Source of the DNA: Peribolospora baueri
Lineage: Eukaryota
Direction of reading: 5' to 3'
DNA: 64,000 nt
Assembly: GCA_029717555.1 (NCBI GenBank)
Contig: JAMDHS010000035.1
Span: 124,001-188,000, forward strand
Made by a program: the position numbers and the translations under genes. The number at the start of each line of letters is the position of its first letter. Within the stretch, counting starts at the first letter, position 1. The notes under the pieces were generated by a model, which saw only the letters and a program-made list of their open reading frames with translations, did not search any database and was not told where the DNA came from. Of the stretch, positions 63,901-64,000 are shown in pieces.

Positions 63901-64000
63901 CTGGGCGAGGGACGCGGTGCTGAGGGACAGCTGGCGTTGGACTCGACCAGCCCTGAGGGCGGGGAACTCGAGCGCGTTGGGCGAAGAAGGAGTGGAAGGG
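60997..64000 (-). CDS. Cdc15/SepH-related STE kinase with C1 domain and C-terminal CAAX; 5' end lies outside the window
   Basis: LGNCIGRGQFGSVY, VAVK, EYVENGSL, HCDLKAANIL, DFG, GTPNWMAPE, DIWSLACT. C1 domain HAFVKSTFSK|AVECKLC..CEECGLICHA|RCAPYAPVPC. Ends KEKDCVIM*. The frame is open to the window edge. Confidence 0.9.

Overview
Intron-rich, GC-rich eukaryotic DNA, not a prokaryotic locus. GTGAG/GTAAG donors, CTGAC/CTCAC branch points and the gene content indicate a basidiomycete fungus (a smut-like yeast is an inference). By hand-splicing I can support about 21 protein-coding loci. In order: a xylulokinase-like C-terminus, an Msb1/Mug8-like protein, a pseudogenised amidohydrolase, uL14m/MRPL38 head-to-head with RPB9, WHI2, an MscS-like channel, an RCR-like membrane protein, BOR1, a bZIP factor, an L-fuconate/L-galactonate dehydratase, two uncharacterised genes, VSB1-like, KES1/OSH4, ODC carrier, ALG10/DIE2, a stefin-like gene, PEX26, a GH5 mannanase-like enzyme, a NIT omega-amidase and a Cdc15-like kinase. 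The most notable items are mostly invisible in the ORF track. (1) An 8-exon, His-rich stefin/type-1-cystatin-like gene lacks the inhibitory QxVxG motif and has a duplicated 41-bp promoter element. (2) A candidate single-nucleotide exon sits inside the decayed amidohydrolase. (3) A Cdc15-like kinase carries a C1 domain and a polybasic-CAAX tail. I found no RNA genes, transposons or CRISPR arrays. Exon boundaries are manual predictions and family calls come from remembered motifs, not database searches.
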